From NCBI GenBank assembly GCA_017654855.1, contig CM030332.1:5084001-5148000 (forward strand): 64,000 nt of DNA. The letters are read 5' to 3'. Both the position numbers and the translations under genes were made by a program. Below, piece by piece: positions 40,287 through 52,766 of the stretch. Within the stretch, counting starts at the first letter, position 1. Every line of letters begins with the position of its first letter. Source of the stretch: Podospora anserina. Lineage: Eukaryota. The notes under the pieces were generated by a model. That model searched no databases, was not told the origin of the DNA, and worked only from the letters and a program-made list of their open reading frames with translations.

Positions 40287-41008
40287 TTTGACGACGGTAT
40301 GCTAATTGCGCAAACAATCAACGGAGGTGAGGTCGGGGGTGGGAAAGGTGCTCGTCGTCAGGGGTGGTGATGACGGGGGTTGGGAAGTATTAAGGTTCGG
40401 TCGGGTCGGGAGGTCGTCGGGGGACGGAATCAATTCAAAGAGGTGTAGGATGTGGACTCCGGTCACCGGCGGGCGGGAGATGGAATTTATTTTGAACCCA
40501 GGGATTTTTCTTATGTCAGTTGTTAGTTAAGGAGAATCTACGATGGATTGGAGGCAAGACAAGTTGGCATATGGGGAGCACGGACTGGACGTAATAGGAC
40601 GAAGAGAGATAATTCAATCCCTCGTGACTCTTGCCCAAAGACAGCTTCGCAAGTTGAACCTCCGGTGGTGGGAATGACGAGCTGGACAGCGATGCGAACA
40701 AGGCTCTCGCTGGCAGTCGGCCAACGCGCCGTGGGGCCTTTCTTGTCTGGTCCGTGCACTGCTCAGGCTTTGTGCAACCACCCCTCGAAGTTATGCACAC
40801 TATTTTATGCAGCGCAGGAAGTTAAGAGGTGCAGCGTTGCAAGCAACTTGCGCCAGCAGCAAGAGCTCCATTTTGAATCAATCGAGCCTCCACGACCCGC
40901 GAAAGCCCATTTCCTTGTGCCCTGGGGCCGGACAGCAAACGACAACAACAAAACGAACCAATCGAGCGACTAGTTTCCCTTCCGTTTTCATATACAGAGC
41001 ATATCAAG

Positions 41009-41521
41009 ATGTCGGGCAGATACGCTTTCGCCAAGGGCCTCAAGGAGGTTCGCTTCCTCTTCTGCCAGACTGGTGAGCACAGCGCTGCTACTCGGTATGT
41101 TTGCGCCTCCGGACTGCATTGGCAGTGCCTTAAGTACAGGATATTGATTAACGATTGTTGTTGGTGTAGGTCTTTCCTTAGCCGCGCATACCCCATCATG
41201 AAGAAGAACAACCCATCGACACCCATCATGCTCCGCGAGGCCCAGGGCACACTCCCCAAGATCTATGCGAGATATGGTCCGTTTTCAACACCAAGGAGTT
41301 TGTCGAGAACTGCGATATAAGAAAGAATACTGACATACTGGGCAGGACTTGGTCAGGAGAAGAGCCAGTCATTAGAAGGTATGGTCTACATCTGAGGGTG
41401 ATGGGAGGCGGTTGGAAGGAGGACTAAGGGTGACTCGTGCTAATATTACTCTGGTATAGGACTTTCCGACAAGCAGATCGAGGATGCCGTCACACAGCTC
41501 GTCAAGAACGAGACTTCATAA
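41009..41521 (+). CDS. NADH:ubiquinone oxidoreductase 10.5 kDa subunit (NDUFA2/B8 homolog)
   Basis: GLKEVRFLFCQTGEHSAATR|SFLSRAYPIMKKNNPSTPIMLREAQGTLPKIYARY|GLGQEKSQSLE|GLSDKQIEDAV; 3 canonical introns. Confidence 0.92.
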
Positions 41522-42678
41522 ACGACTGGAACAGAGACAGCAACTAGACGACGGCCCGGGCAAGCTGGCAAGAGGGATGGGACGACATGTTTATAATGCC
41601 GCGAGGTTGTAAATATACCTTCTGGAGACCACGCCTGTGTCCATTTCTTCAGGCGCTCCTGGCCATGTGGTTGTGCCGTTTGGAAATCTGTCTATCTCGA
41701 AGACTGAATAGATCGCGACTGATGGATGCCTAAGGACTATGGGTTGGGTGTTGCAGATCCATGGCAACCGCTTCAACTCAAATCGAAACTGCTTATACGT
41801 TACACGTACAGCATGTTCGTTCGGTGCCCGGGCTTTGTATTCTATTTGGATGCTGGTCACCAAGAAAAGAGAGATCCTCGTCGGTTCTCAGCTTCAGGGC
41901 TCTTTTAGATGCCTAAGCAGAAAGGGAATTTCTGGGCCTTCGAAAGCTTTGGGCTTCTGCAAGGGAGAAGCATCATTTTCCAAGCTAAATCATCCCCCTT
42001 TCGGCCTCCTCGGCCCCCTTTTCCCCTTGTTGCTGTCACAAGCTTAAGCGGTGCGGGGCTGTGTATGGCCAAAAAGTGTGTGTAACTGCGTGAAACCAAA
42101 GAGACACCGAGAATCATACAAGCTTTCAACGACCACATGTTTGGCCAATGAGACTATCAACAACCACAAACAACGTCAATTCGACCTCACCCATTGGCAT
42201 TGCGGTCTTTTACAACCAGCAATGACAGGGTTATGAGGGCGGATGATAGCGGGGATGCGCAGCCAAGCGCTCTGTCGCTCCGACCAACCCGCAGTCAGCA
42301 TCGCCTAGCAAGGCCAGCCGCTAAAGACATTGACCCTTTTGAGTTCGCCACTACTGCCTGCTGAACGACTTTGTTAGATCATGCGGCAATCCTCGCAGAT
42401 CGAAACATCAGAAATGGTGATATACCTTGCCTTCTGCATGGGGAAGATGTCCCAGACGCTCCACAAGCAGCAGTTCGGGAATCAACTCTTGGGATCCCGG
42501 CGCAAGGATTTACACTTTTTGTTTGTTGAAAGCGGGCCGCCGAGGAGGCTTGGACCGGACATATAACTTAAACCCCCCCCTCCGGTCTGGTTTGGTCTGA
42601 TCTGATCTGGACTGAACTTTTTTTACTTCAACTGTTTACCGAACTGTTTCCCTATTCTTGGACAAACTTCTCGCTTTC

Positions 42679-43053
42679 ATGGCCAAAATGTTCAGACACA
42701 GGCGCTCCATGGGCAAGCTCACCGAGCACCCGTCGATGTACTCATCACTCCTCGATCCGAGCTCTGAGCACAGCTCTGATGGTGCTGCTTCACCCAGCTC
42801 ACCCAACTCCTCAAACCGACCGCTTCGGGGAAGAGCCAAATCCTCGCTTTTGGATTATCAGTCACGAAATTGGATCTCAGCTGTCGAACACCAAGGAGAA
42901 AAACCCCCACCCCGGAAACTTGTTAAAGACATGAACGGATCTGGGCGCCCCTCCTTCTCTCAGTCGCTTTCAGACAGCGATGGTGAGAAGGAGAAGGGGC
43001 TCATGAGACGCCAAATCGCCAGGCTCAAAAGCTTTTACAAGAGAGAGAAATGA
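42679..43053 (+). CDS. Small hypothetical Ser-rich basic protein
   Basis: ATG-initiated ~124-aa ORF; RKLVKD and RRQIARLKSFY motifs; no family recognised. Confidence 0.55.
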   Translation: MAKMFRHRRSMGKLTEHPSMYSSLLDPSSEHSSDGAASPSSPNSSNRPLRGRAKSSLLDYQSRNWISAVEHQGEKPPPRKLVKDMNGSGRPSFSQSLSDSDGEKEKGLMRRQIARLKSFYKREK

Positions 43054-43546
43054 GCTCGACCGCCTTCTTGTCCAGGCTTTCTTGCCGGCAAGAAGGTCTT
43101 CACAGAAGGTGGGGGATGGCAATTCGAGATTACGATAACCCCGCGATCCCCGCCATCATGGATCCATATTCGAATACCCCACCACCAAGTCTTTGCTGGT
43201 CACATTTCTCCCTTGTTTTATGGCGACATTTGAAATTGAAGTACGAATCTTTTTTAGTATAGGATATCATACCTCATATAGCGATACTCTCGACGCCGTT
43301 GGCTTTCTCCGTCTCTTGTACGGCCGCCTTTGACGAGTCCCTGGCCAAGACGGCCCCGCTTTCCGGCTCGCAACATTGGCTTACAGATATCAAACCCGGC
43401 TGCCCAAATTCGTCTCGCCAATCTTCGGGCACAAATCTTCAAGTCAAGACACTTCCAGGTAATCTTGGTCTTGGGTTTTGATCGACGGAACCACACGCCT
43501 CTCAGATATACGGACAGCCAATCTTCAAATTCAGCACCTTATTCCG

Positions 43547-44785
43547 ATGCCAGTGTGGGCGCCAAACATTCGTCCTCCAGGGGCTGGCTCCTACCTCGCC
43601 CTGGGTGTGGCACTCGGTTTAACAACAGGCTTGACACTCAACGCACTTAGGCAGCTGAAGGGCTCCAGGAAACCTCTACTCATCAGGTCACCCCGTGAGA
43701 CACAGTTGTCAAAACTTTCAAGAGAGGAAATCGATGCGTTGCCCTATCCCCCAGACGCATTGCCAGGGGGCCGGGACGTTGAGACACCATACGGCATCAT
43801 CAAAGTATTCGAATGGGGCCCTGAAGATGGAGAGAAGGTTCTCCTGCTGCATGGCATCAGCACGCCTTGTTTAGCACTGGGAAACCTCGGGCAGGAGTTG
43901 GTCAGAATGGGATATCGTGTTATGATATTCGACTTCTTTGGGCGTGGCTACTCGGATACTCCAACCGACCTCCCTTATGACATTCGCCTATACACAACTC
44001 AGATACTCCTCGCTCTTGCCTCGTCGAACGTGGCGTGGGCTGGGAATGACGGATTCCATTTGATTGGATATTCTCTGGGAGGAGGGATTGCTGTTCCGTT
44101 CGCCAAAGACTTCCCCCACATGGTCCGGTCTGTTGTCCTTATCGCTGGTGGAGGACTGATTCGGCCTGAACATGTCAGCTGGAGGAGCAGATTACTGTAC
44201 TCGACGGGGATATTCCCAGAATGGGCGCTCGAGTTTCTAGTTCGGAGACGCCTCATGCCAAAACGACGAGAAGCTATGACGGAAACAAGGATGGCTACTC
44301 AGGTGGTGGATAGACCTAAGATCAAGCACAAAAACAGTGATGCCAACGGCGGAGATGGTTGGGACGGCGCCACTCTATTGGCACATCGACCGGGCCATAC
44401 AGTGTCGTCCGTTATGGAATGGCAGCTTCACCAACACAGGGGGTTCATTCCGGCTTTCATGAGTAGCATCCGTCATGCACCCATTTACAATCAACACAAG
44501 GACTGGATAGCATTGGGGCGGCTCCTAGCCGAACGGAGGAAAGAGGCGGGCTGGGTGGACACAAGCTTGCCTGGCCTTAAGGGGGGAAGCATTCTTTTAA
44601 TACTTGGAGCCATGGACCCCGTTGTTTCGAAGGAGGAGTTGATTCATGACGCTACGGCTGTGCTGGGTGAGGATGGGTTTGAGGCTGTGGTTTTGAATAG
44701 CGGGCATGAATTGGTTATGACCAATGCGATTGAAGTTGCCAATACTGTTGCTGGCTTTTGGCTGCGGCTACCTGGTACAGAATAG
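43547..44785 (+). CDS. Alpha/beta-hydrolase fold protein with N-terminal membrane anchor
   Basis: VLLLHGISTP, FDFFGRGYSD, nucleophile elbow GYSLGG, GAMDPVV, SGHEL. Confidence 0.88.
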   Translation: MPVWAPNIRPPGAGSYLALGVALGLTTGLTLNALRQLKGSRKPLLIRSPRETQLSKLSREEIDALPYPPDALPGGRDVETPYGIIKVFEWGPEDGEKVLLLHGISTPCLALGNLGQELVRMGYRVMIFDFFGRGYSDTPTDLPYDIRLYTTQILLALASSNVAWAGNDGFHLIGYSLGGGIAVPFAKDFPHMVRSVVLIAGGGLIRPEHVSWRSRLLYSTGIFPEWALEFLVRRRLMPKRREAMTETRMATQVVDRPKIKHKNSDANGGDGWDGATLLAHRPGHTVSSVMEWQLHQHRGFIPAFMSSIRHAPIYNQHKDWIALGRLLAERRKEAGWVDTSLPGLKGGSILLILGAMDPVVSKEELIHDATAVLGEDGFEAVVLNSGHELVMTNAIEVANTVAGFWLRLPGTE

Positions 44786-45186
44786 GATGTAGATATACTT
44801 TCGGAATAACGGATACAAAGAAGTTAGATAGCATAGACAAATGATGCAATGAGATGCCATGAACTTTTCTCTCAACACTTTGCTGAGCTGTTTTCCCTTG
44901 CTATCTGTCTACGAATCGCTATAATTGCAGCACGACCACTGATTTCAGCTACACATGGAGGCCCTAGAGCTCAGCTACACCGCCCTAAACCAGCGAAGAC
45001 TCCAGGCAAACCCCACTAAACAGACCCCCACATTTTCTACCGTCCCAGATCTGCAAGGCTGAAAGTCTGCATTGAAATTTCGCGACCTCATCTTCCAGGC
45101 GACTTTCACCAAGCTCAAACAACACCACAATTGTACAAAACTTCGCCGGCACATAAAATAAACAGGACATCTACAACCAACAGAAC

Positions 45187-46263
45187 ATGGCAACAGCTTC
45201 ACCAGCCCCATCCGGGCCCCAGCCCTCCCTCACCTTTACCCGCCCCGTCTTCGCCAAGCTCTCCCCCCACCCATACCTCCTTCGCACTCTTTCCCCCGAC
45301 TCCCCAGACCAGCAGCCCACCCGCAACAACGGCCGCGCGCCGCACCAGTCACGCCCGATCCAGATCAATACCTCCTCCCTATCCCAAGCTCATGGCTCTT
45401 CCCTCGTCCGAACAGGCGACACGACCGTCATCTGCGGCGTCCGAGGCGAGCTCCTCCCCGTGACGGCCATTCCCCAATTCCGACCTCACAACGGGACGCT
45501 CTACGATCAAGACGAGGGCGATGAGGCAAGGGCGAGGAAAGAACTCAAGGATTACGATCTGCTAGTCCCCAATATTGAGCTGGCAACAGGGTGCGCGCCA
45601 CAGTTCTTGCCGGGTGTGCCGCCTACGACGTTGGCGCAGACGGTGAGCACGAGGGTGTCCAGTCTTTTGCACGGGGCTGGGGTGGTGGACGGGCGGGGGT
45701 TGAGGGTGTGGTTCACGCCGGAGAGTAAGAAGGAGGAAGGGGATATGGAAGTTGAAGGGGAGGAGGAGCGGGAGGAGCAGAAGCCGCAGGTGGTGGCGTA
45801 TTGGGTGCTGTATATTGACTTGCTCTTTGTCAGCTTTGACGGGAACCCGTTTGATGCTGCTTGGGCGGCGGTTTTGGCTGCGCTGAAGGATACGAAGCTT
45901 CCCATGGCGAGGTGGGATCCTGATAGGGAGATGGTTGTTTGCCGGAAGGGGCAGGATACGAGGTTGAATGTCAGGGGACTGCCGGTGGCTTGTTCGGCGG
46001 CGGTGTTTTTGGAGAAGGAGCATGGTGAGGTGGGAAGGGGGGAGCGGAATAGGCATTGGATTTTGTTGGATCCGGATCGGAGCGAGGAGGAACTGTGCAA
46101 GGAGGTTGTTACTGTTGTCGTGGATTGCTCGGACGGGGGGGAGACGAGGGTGAGGAGTATTGAGAAGCAGGGTGGGACGGTGATTGGGAGGGAGTTGATT
46201 AGGGGGTTTGTTGGGGTTGCGGAGGGGAGGTGGAGGGAGGTGAAGGAGGCGATGGGGAATTAG
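45187..46263 (+). CDS. RRP43: Exosome RNase PH-like subunit Rrp43
   Basis: FAKLSPHPYL, RNNGRAPHQSRP, AHGSSLVRTGDTTVICGVRGE, LLVPNIEL, SFDGNPFDAAWAAVLAALKDTKLP. Confidence 0.8.
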   Translation: MATASPAPSGPQPSLTFTRPVFAKLSPHPYLLRTLSPDSPDQQPTRNNGRAPHQSRPIQINTSSLSQAHGSSLVRTGDTTVICGVRGELLPVTAIPQFRPHNGTLYDQDEGDEARARKELKDYDLLVPNIELATGCAPQFLPGVPPTTLAQTVSTRVSSLLHGAGVVDGRGLRVWFTPESKKEEGDMEVEGEEEREEQKPQVVAYWVLYIDLLFVSFDGNPFDAAWAAVLAALKDTKLPMARWDPDREMVVCRKGQDTRLNVRGLPVACSAAVFLEKEHGEVGRGERNRHWILLDPDRSEEELCKEVVTVVVDCSDGGETRVRSIEKQGGTVIGRELIRGFVGVAEGRWREVKEAMGN

Positions 46264-47195
46264 GGGATTGTGGAGATGGTTATTTGGAAAGATGAGGATG
46301 ATGACAGAGTAGAAGGGATGTAAAATTGATACCCAAAAGATGGTTTACATGAGCTTTGAAGCGATGTTTTCCATTTGTCTTTCGTTTGTGGTTTAGTTGT
46401 GTGATACTCTTTGAGAGGCCATTTCAAACTGCAGTGACGGTAATATTTGAAAACGGGAAGAAGCATGAAGTAAATGTCACGATCTGTCTTGTCTAGGGAA
46501 ACCTATATCCCATCCAAAATAAAAGCCCAGGCGCTAACCGCCAGCAACATATCTCGACCTTGAGAATTGTCGGGTAATTGGAAAGGCAGCGTAGACCCTT
46601 AATCCAAGTCAAGAAGTCTTGATAGCTTTGGAGCTGAAATCCATAACCCTGCTCAAGAATCTAATCGATGTATACTTTCAAGGGCAGCCATCAAAAGGGG
46701 TCAAACAGCGAGGGCTCGTCGTCATATAACAGCAAACTGAGCAGCATGGAAAAATGTGTCTACACTTTCGACCCACTCTTACAGATGAATTCCAGAGCAG
46801 GAGATACAGGGAGACATTTGATCTGCCGCTCAACATGAGAGTTCCTAATGAAAGCAACTCCACCGTACCACAATGCTGTTGAGGGCAGACATCACCGTCG
46901 GTTGTTGAGCGTTGGTGAGAAAAAAGAGAAAGTTTCCACTCGGGCCAAAACCTTCAGTGTTTTCCTGCAGTCGCTCGCAGGGCCCGTGCAGAAGTTCAGG
47001 TGGGGCTCGGGCCGAACATTTGCCGACCCTGAGGCCACCATCGCGAACAAGGTTACGCCGATCCACCCGCTCGAACTTCATTCAAATTTTCGCCGCCTGC
47101 AAAGCTTCTTCTCAACTGCTTCTTTTCCACCACAACTGCAAAACCTGTCTGTCGGTACAGTCCCGACTGTCACAGAGTGCCCGCTCCATGTAGCA

Positions 47196-48936
47196 ATGGA
47201 GTCTTTGGCTGACACCCTCTGGGACGTCGTCATCTGCGGCACGGGTTTGCAGCAGTCGCTGCTCGCTTTGTAAGTACAATCAAGCAAAACACCAACTTCG
47301 CGTTTGCCTGTCTAACTAACCCAGCACTTCCCCTCCTTGAAGAGCCCTCTCGAGATCCGACAAGAAGGTCCTTCACATCGACCCAAATGACTTCTATGGT
47401 GGTGCTGAAGCAGCTTTCAGCCTGCAAGAAGTAGAATCATGGGTTGAAAAGGTCGAAACCGGCAAGGAAGGCCTCTTTGAGGCTGCCTCCGTGAAGAAGC
47501 TCGGGGGTGACACCGGCTTGTCTTTTCCCCGCGCATACTCCCTGGCACTCGCACCCCAGCTCATCCACGCCCGCTCGACGCTGCTCTCCCAGCTTGTCTC
47601 TTCCCGCGCCTACCGGCAGGTCGAGTTCCTTGCCGTGGGATCCTTCTCTATTTTCAAGCCCTCCCCAGATTCCTCGCAAAAACCCACCCTGGTCCGCATC
47701 CCTTCTACCCGCGAAGATGTCTTTTCTACCACCGCCATCTCAGCAAAGGCAAAGCGCGGTCTGATGAAGTTCCTCAAATTCGTTTTGGATTACGACATCA
47801 CCCCCCAGACAGACACATGGCAACCCCACGCGGATGCACCACTGACTGAGTTCTTGCTGAAAGAGTTCAAGATGGATCAGGAACTTCAGACTTACATCAT
47901 CACTCTCACCCTTTCACTCGACGGAAAGATCAATACCAGAGACGGGCTGGCTGTCATCCATCGCCATCTCTCGTCGATGGGTATGTACGGCCCAGGCTTT
48001 GCTGCCCTCTACCCCAAGTGGGGCGGCCTGTCAGAGATTGCCCAAGTCTCATGCCGAGCCGGTGCGGTAGGCGGAGCTGTGTATATGCTCGGGACAGGCG
48101 TCAAGACGATGAACGACAAGGACGACCCCATCGTGATTGAACTCTCCAGCGGCGATACAATCAAGACACGCAAGGTTGTCCGCGCCAACGAGAGCGCTAC
48201 TGATCGATTCGGTATCAACAGGCTGGTAGCTGTTGTTGGCTCCTCACTGAAATCACTTTTCGAGTCAACGGTCGAAGGTGCACCAAAGCCGGCCGTCGCC
48301 ATTGTTGCTTTCCCAGCTGGCTCCTTGTCAACTGCTACTGGGGAAGCATCAACATCCCCGGTGTATCTGTCTGTTCATTCCAGCGATACCGGGGAATGTC
48401 CTGCCAACCAAAGTAAGCCAACTCTTTCCTTTGTCTCTTTCACTACCCTTCCGAGTACCATGATGATCCAAATCGAATACTTATCTACATTGTCTGAGCT
48501 TCGGCACTGGCGATAATACCTCTGACATTCTGATGTACTCTCACTCAATCATATTCATTTCTTCATGCTGGTTCGTTGAACAAGCGCTAACTGGAGATCA
48601 ACAGGTGTTCTTTACTTTACCACTGGCTCAGAGCATGCCTCCCAGGACTTGCTTCAACAAGCATTGGATTCTTTTCCGGCTGCTTTGTCTGGTGATACTG
48701 TCCCCCAGTGTCTTTATAAACTGCAGTATAAGCAATTGCAAAGCTCGGCTCACAGTCAAGCAAACGGTTCGATTTTCGATTTTGCTCCTCCTGCCTCAGC
48801 CCTTGCTTTTGACGACTCAATTTTGCAGTCGGTTCAAGATGCTTGGAAGATGGTCTTAGGTGATGAAGCTGTCGAGGAAGAGTACCTTACCTTTGCTGAC
48901 CGAGAAGGCGCAATGGATGATGACGAAAGTGTATGA
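47196..48936 (+). CDS. MRS6: Rab escort protein / Rab geranylgeranyltransferase component A (GDI/REP family)
   Basis: WDVVICGTGLQQSLLAL|ALSRSDKKVLHIDPNDFYGG, IPSTREDVF, KRGLMKFLKF, YPKWGGLSEIAQVSCRAGAVGGAVYML; last intron 48413-48604. Confidence 0.9.
48453..48540 (+). ncRNA. Intronic box C/D snoRNA, snR62/SNORD34-like
   Basis: Terminal stem GAGTAC/GTACTC; box C ATGATGA 48460-48466; box D' CTGA 48494-48497; box D CTGA 48530-48533; D' guide CTTATCTACATTGT complementary to conserved LSU rRNA ACAAUGUAGAUAAG (rRNA sequence recalled). Confidence 0.85.
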
Positions 48937-49324
48937 TTAATGTCGATGACGGTAAGCGGTTTCATTTATCATGAGATACGATGGTTAGTCTTGGGTGTAG
49001 CACATCCATTAAGAATGAAAAAAGTTAAAGAACAAACTGAGTTTATTGAGCATTGTGATCCTGTGAATCTAATGTTTATGCAGCGTCACCATGATGCCTT
49101 TCCTCCACCCCATGCCCTCCTATGCTTTGTATTAATTGTTGTTTGTGTCCGAAACTACGTCCGCTTCGCGCAGATGCAAGCAACACGGTACAAAGCATTC
49201 CGGAAATATGACCTCTCCATCCAAGCAACAGCTTTTGTGAGATTTCTGAAATCTCTCCATTACGCAAATCCTCCCAAAATCCGATGAATTTTTGCCCAAA
49301 GATGCGATAAATGCATCATCCCAT

Positions 49325-51688
49325 TTACTCCTCATCATCATCCCCAGTAGCAATCCTCGACTCCTCACCACCATCCCCCATCTCCTCATCCTCCCCCTCC
49401 TCGCCACCATCCTCAGACAAAGGCAAGTCAACCCCCACCCTGATCTCCCCAAACAGCTTCAGCCCCCCCTGTCCATCCTGCTTCACCTTCACCACATTCT
49501 TCGTCGCCAAAGTCAACACATGATGAAAAGCCTGCACCACCACCGCCCTCTTCCTATCCTCCGGCTCAAACAAGTCATCAAAGCTCACCCAGGCTTTCTC
49601 GTCCTGCTCATCATCCTCATTGGCGTACCCCTTGGTCTTGGCAATATGCCGGAGAAACCTTGCGAAGTTCTGCCCCTCGCGATCAAGGGCATTGATCATC
49701 TGCTGGGAGGTATCAGCTGGCACCTTTATCTCCTCGGGGGCATCAATCGGATCGACGATGGGGTCAGAAGAGAGGAAAGCACCTCCTCCTCCTTGGGAGA
49801 AACCCGTGTCTGATCCAAAGATGGGTTGATCGCTGAAGCGTTCGATCTGGTCTGATCCCCCCAAGATACCAGCTCTGGCACGGTGGGTGAGGGGGGAGGC
49901 GCTGACGCGACGGCTGCCGGGTTTGGAGCCGGCACCGCCTTTGATGGAGGAGCTAGGGATGTGAGAGGAGGGTCTGTTCCAGGGGGCATCGGAGTGGATT
50001 GCGTCTGAGAATTGGGCGCTGGTGCCCCTTCTACCTGCTTCAATTGGCTCTCCTTGTTCACCCAGGAGGAAGAGTTGGGCTTCGTTTGTAAGTTGGGGGG
50101 CACCTTGTGGGGCGTCGGGCTCATTGCTGAGGCGGGGACGGACCCGACGGGCGACTTCGTCTTCTTCTAGCTCGAGGGCTTGTGAGGCTGTGCGACGGCG
50201 GCTACGGGGGGTGGCGGGTACATCGCCGCTGACGTCGGAATCTGGGCTGATGAAACCTAACTGCTGAGCGAGACCCTCTCCTGCAAAGAAGGGGGCCAAG
50301 GGGTGCGGGATGTTAGGGTAGCCGGCCAAGTAGCCAAGGTTGGCGAGACCCTGTCCGAACACCAGATTGTAAGCATTCATCCGTGTTTCCGTGGCTGTGA
50401 GTCCACGTCGCTGCTGTCGAGCGGTCTCTTCATCAGCTCTGTTGGCGTAAGTGTCACCCCAGAGTCGAATCTGCCCACGAGTGAGCATAGTCTGATCATC
50501 TGGCGCGAGAAGTTGGCGGCGACGCTGACGTCGAGCACGAGCTGGAGCTTGAACTTCACTAGCGTTTTCGTCCATTTCGGCCTCTTGTTGTTGCTGCTCT
50601 TGGTTCTCTTCTTGCTGCGCCTGCCCGACTTGGGGAAGGACAGGGGGTTCAGACGGCAGGCGCGGATCAGAAGGAATGGCAGGGTCTCTGTTACCCATAA
50701 TGAAGTCTCCTTCGCTATCGAATCGATCGAGACCGAGATCAGAGGGAAGGTGGTCATCGGCCTTGGAAACATCGACCTGGGGAATTTGCGGCAGCTCAGG
50801 CTCCTCGAAAAGGGCTAACACGTTCCCGTCTGCGTCGATTTCAATGCCCCAATCATCGATGGGTGCAAGCTGTCGCTCCTCATCGCCGAAGGGCAGCACT
50901 TGTTGGTTGTCCTTGCCATGATCTATGTCATCGCTGCCAAAGGGATCGTCATGGAATGGGTTTCCAAGACCAGAAGAAGATCCGGGGAGGTCAAGGCCCC
51001 CATGGATCGAGCTCCCGCCAGCGTTGAAGCTGTCGAGCTGGTGAGGTGACATCTGTGAAGTGCTGTTGCGTGATGCTTGGCTTTCGACGGCTGGAAGAAT
51101 CAAGTTACCGTCATCGTCAAGCTCAAAGACGGGGAGCTGGTAGTTGAGGTCAAAATCAGGGTCGTCTTGGAGCATGAGCTCCTTCCGCCTATAAGATATC
51201 AGCTACCCACGTTATCAAAGAAAATTTCTTTCGAGCAACCTTACTTGGCCTTGCCTGCCCTCGGATCCAGTGCATTCTCATTTCCGCCCATGGCATTGTA
51301 AAAAGCCATCATATGGGCCTGCACCTTCTCAGCGTCGGCCAATACATACTGGCACTGCTGCGAGTACACCCTGGAGACGCCATAGAGAAGACTGCCTTGG
51401 AGACGCAGGGCAATAGGGGCACCAGGCTCCAAGATAGTTTCGCAAGCCTTCTGGACGTTGACCTCCTGGATCGCCTTGCGTGAGATCTTCTTGGCATTGG
51501 ACTTGATGCCAACGGTTGAGACGAGCCTGGTGATATTAGATACGAGGATAACATTTGGTGAAGGGAAATTCTGAACGTACCAGACTGTGGCCACACCATA
51601 CTGGTGGCTGGTGAGGACTGTTGGTGGTGTAAGCGTCTGAACTCTCGGATGGCTCGGCAAGATACTTACTTTCGTGGCTGTAGAACAT
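49325..51688 (-). CDS. REC8: Rad21/Rec8-family kleisin, probably meiotic Rec8
   Basis: MFYSHE|ILTSHQYGVATVW|LVST...PIALRLQGSLLYGVSRVYSQQCQYVLAD N-terminal domain; C-terminal VVVQAFHHVLTLATKNVVKVKQD...FGEIRV winged-helix motif. Confidence 0.88.
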
Positions 51689-52766
51689 GCCGTATGTAGA
51701 TATTTGGCTTGGGCAGCCGGTAGTCTATGTATCTGGTGCTGTTCGTGATAGTAACCCCCTTAAGTAAGAAAGGCTGGGGCCCGGAGTGGGGGATACTGCC
51801 TGTATTGCGGCGGAATCGAAGGATATCTCGTAACGCTGGAACGCACGAAAAGAAGCGAAAGGTGAACGACTGAAAGGATATGTAACTCGAGATATTTGAG
51901 CGACCGGACTTGTCTTGAAGTGAGATAGGTCCTCTCACTAGTGTCGGACCTTCGAGTTGATCGAGTCGTGGTGAAGGGTTCGCGGCGCACAAATAAGGAT
52001 GCTTGGTGTGATGAAAGGAAGAAGTGAACGGACGAAGGCCTCAATTGAGAAAAGACTGGGGAAGATACTGACAATAGGCAGTCCCACGCGTCTGGAGCGC
52101 GTGGTGGGACCTCTGGGAAGGAAGGAGCATTGTGGCCGCTGGGGGACAATGGCCTGAATTGGAAGGCACCACTTTCTATGAGCACGGCCTTAATGCATTC
52201 AAGTAGCCTTGACTAGCTGTTCTGAATGTGTTCTCTTTCCACAATAGTACCGTATCTGCTCGCAGATGTGGGAACATGTTGAGTATCATATTCAGGCTGA
52301 GCCCCTGAATGCTTGGCAACGACGTTGCTCTGTCATGGCGCAACCCATTGTATGCACACAGACTTGTTGCTGGAGGCACATATTGCTCCGTGGTAAACTC
52401 TTCTCCTCAATTCAAAATACACCGGTGTGGGCAATGAAGACTCCCCTTCGCCAGCAGGATACACATTAGGGAACCAGTCATGCAAAATAGCAAGCCAAAG
52501 CCATCACGTTGAAGAGCATGCCGTCTCTGAAGAGAGCAGGTCTTGGTCAATAAAAAATGAGTAGTTATGAATGTACAAAGAAGAGCGTCCCTATCATGAA
52601 GGGCAAACTGTGGGAATATCATACATAAATGAGACACGTTCTTCCAACCCAAGCCCTTCCTCTTTCGAAATTCCGTCATATTCAATTAGATACGTCATCC
52701 TCTTGCCATAAAATCATTTCAGGGTATCCTTTTCCTCTTTCTTTTGGGGGGTTGTTTGGTATCTCA

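Noticed and set aside
51988-51994. MSE-like CACAAAT upstream of REC8
   Set aside because: A 7-mer expected by chance; no supporting evidence
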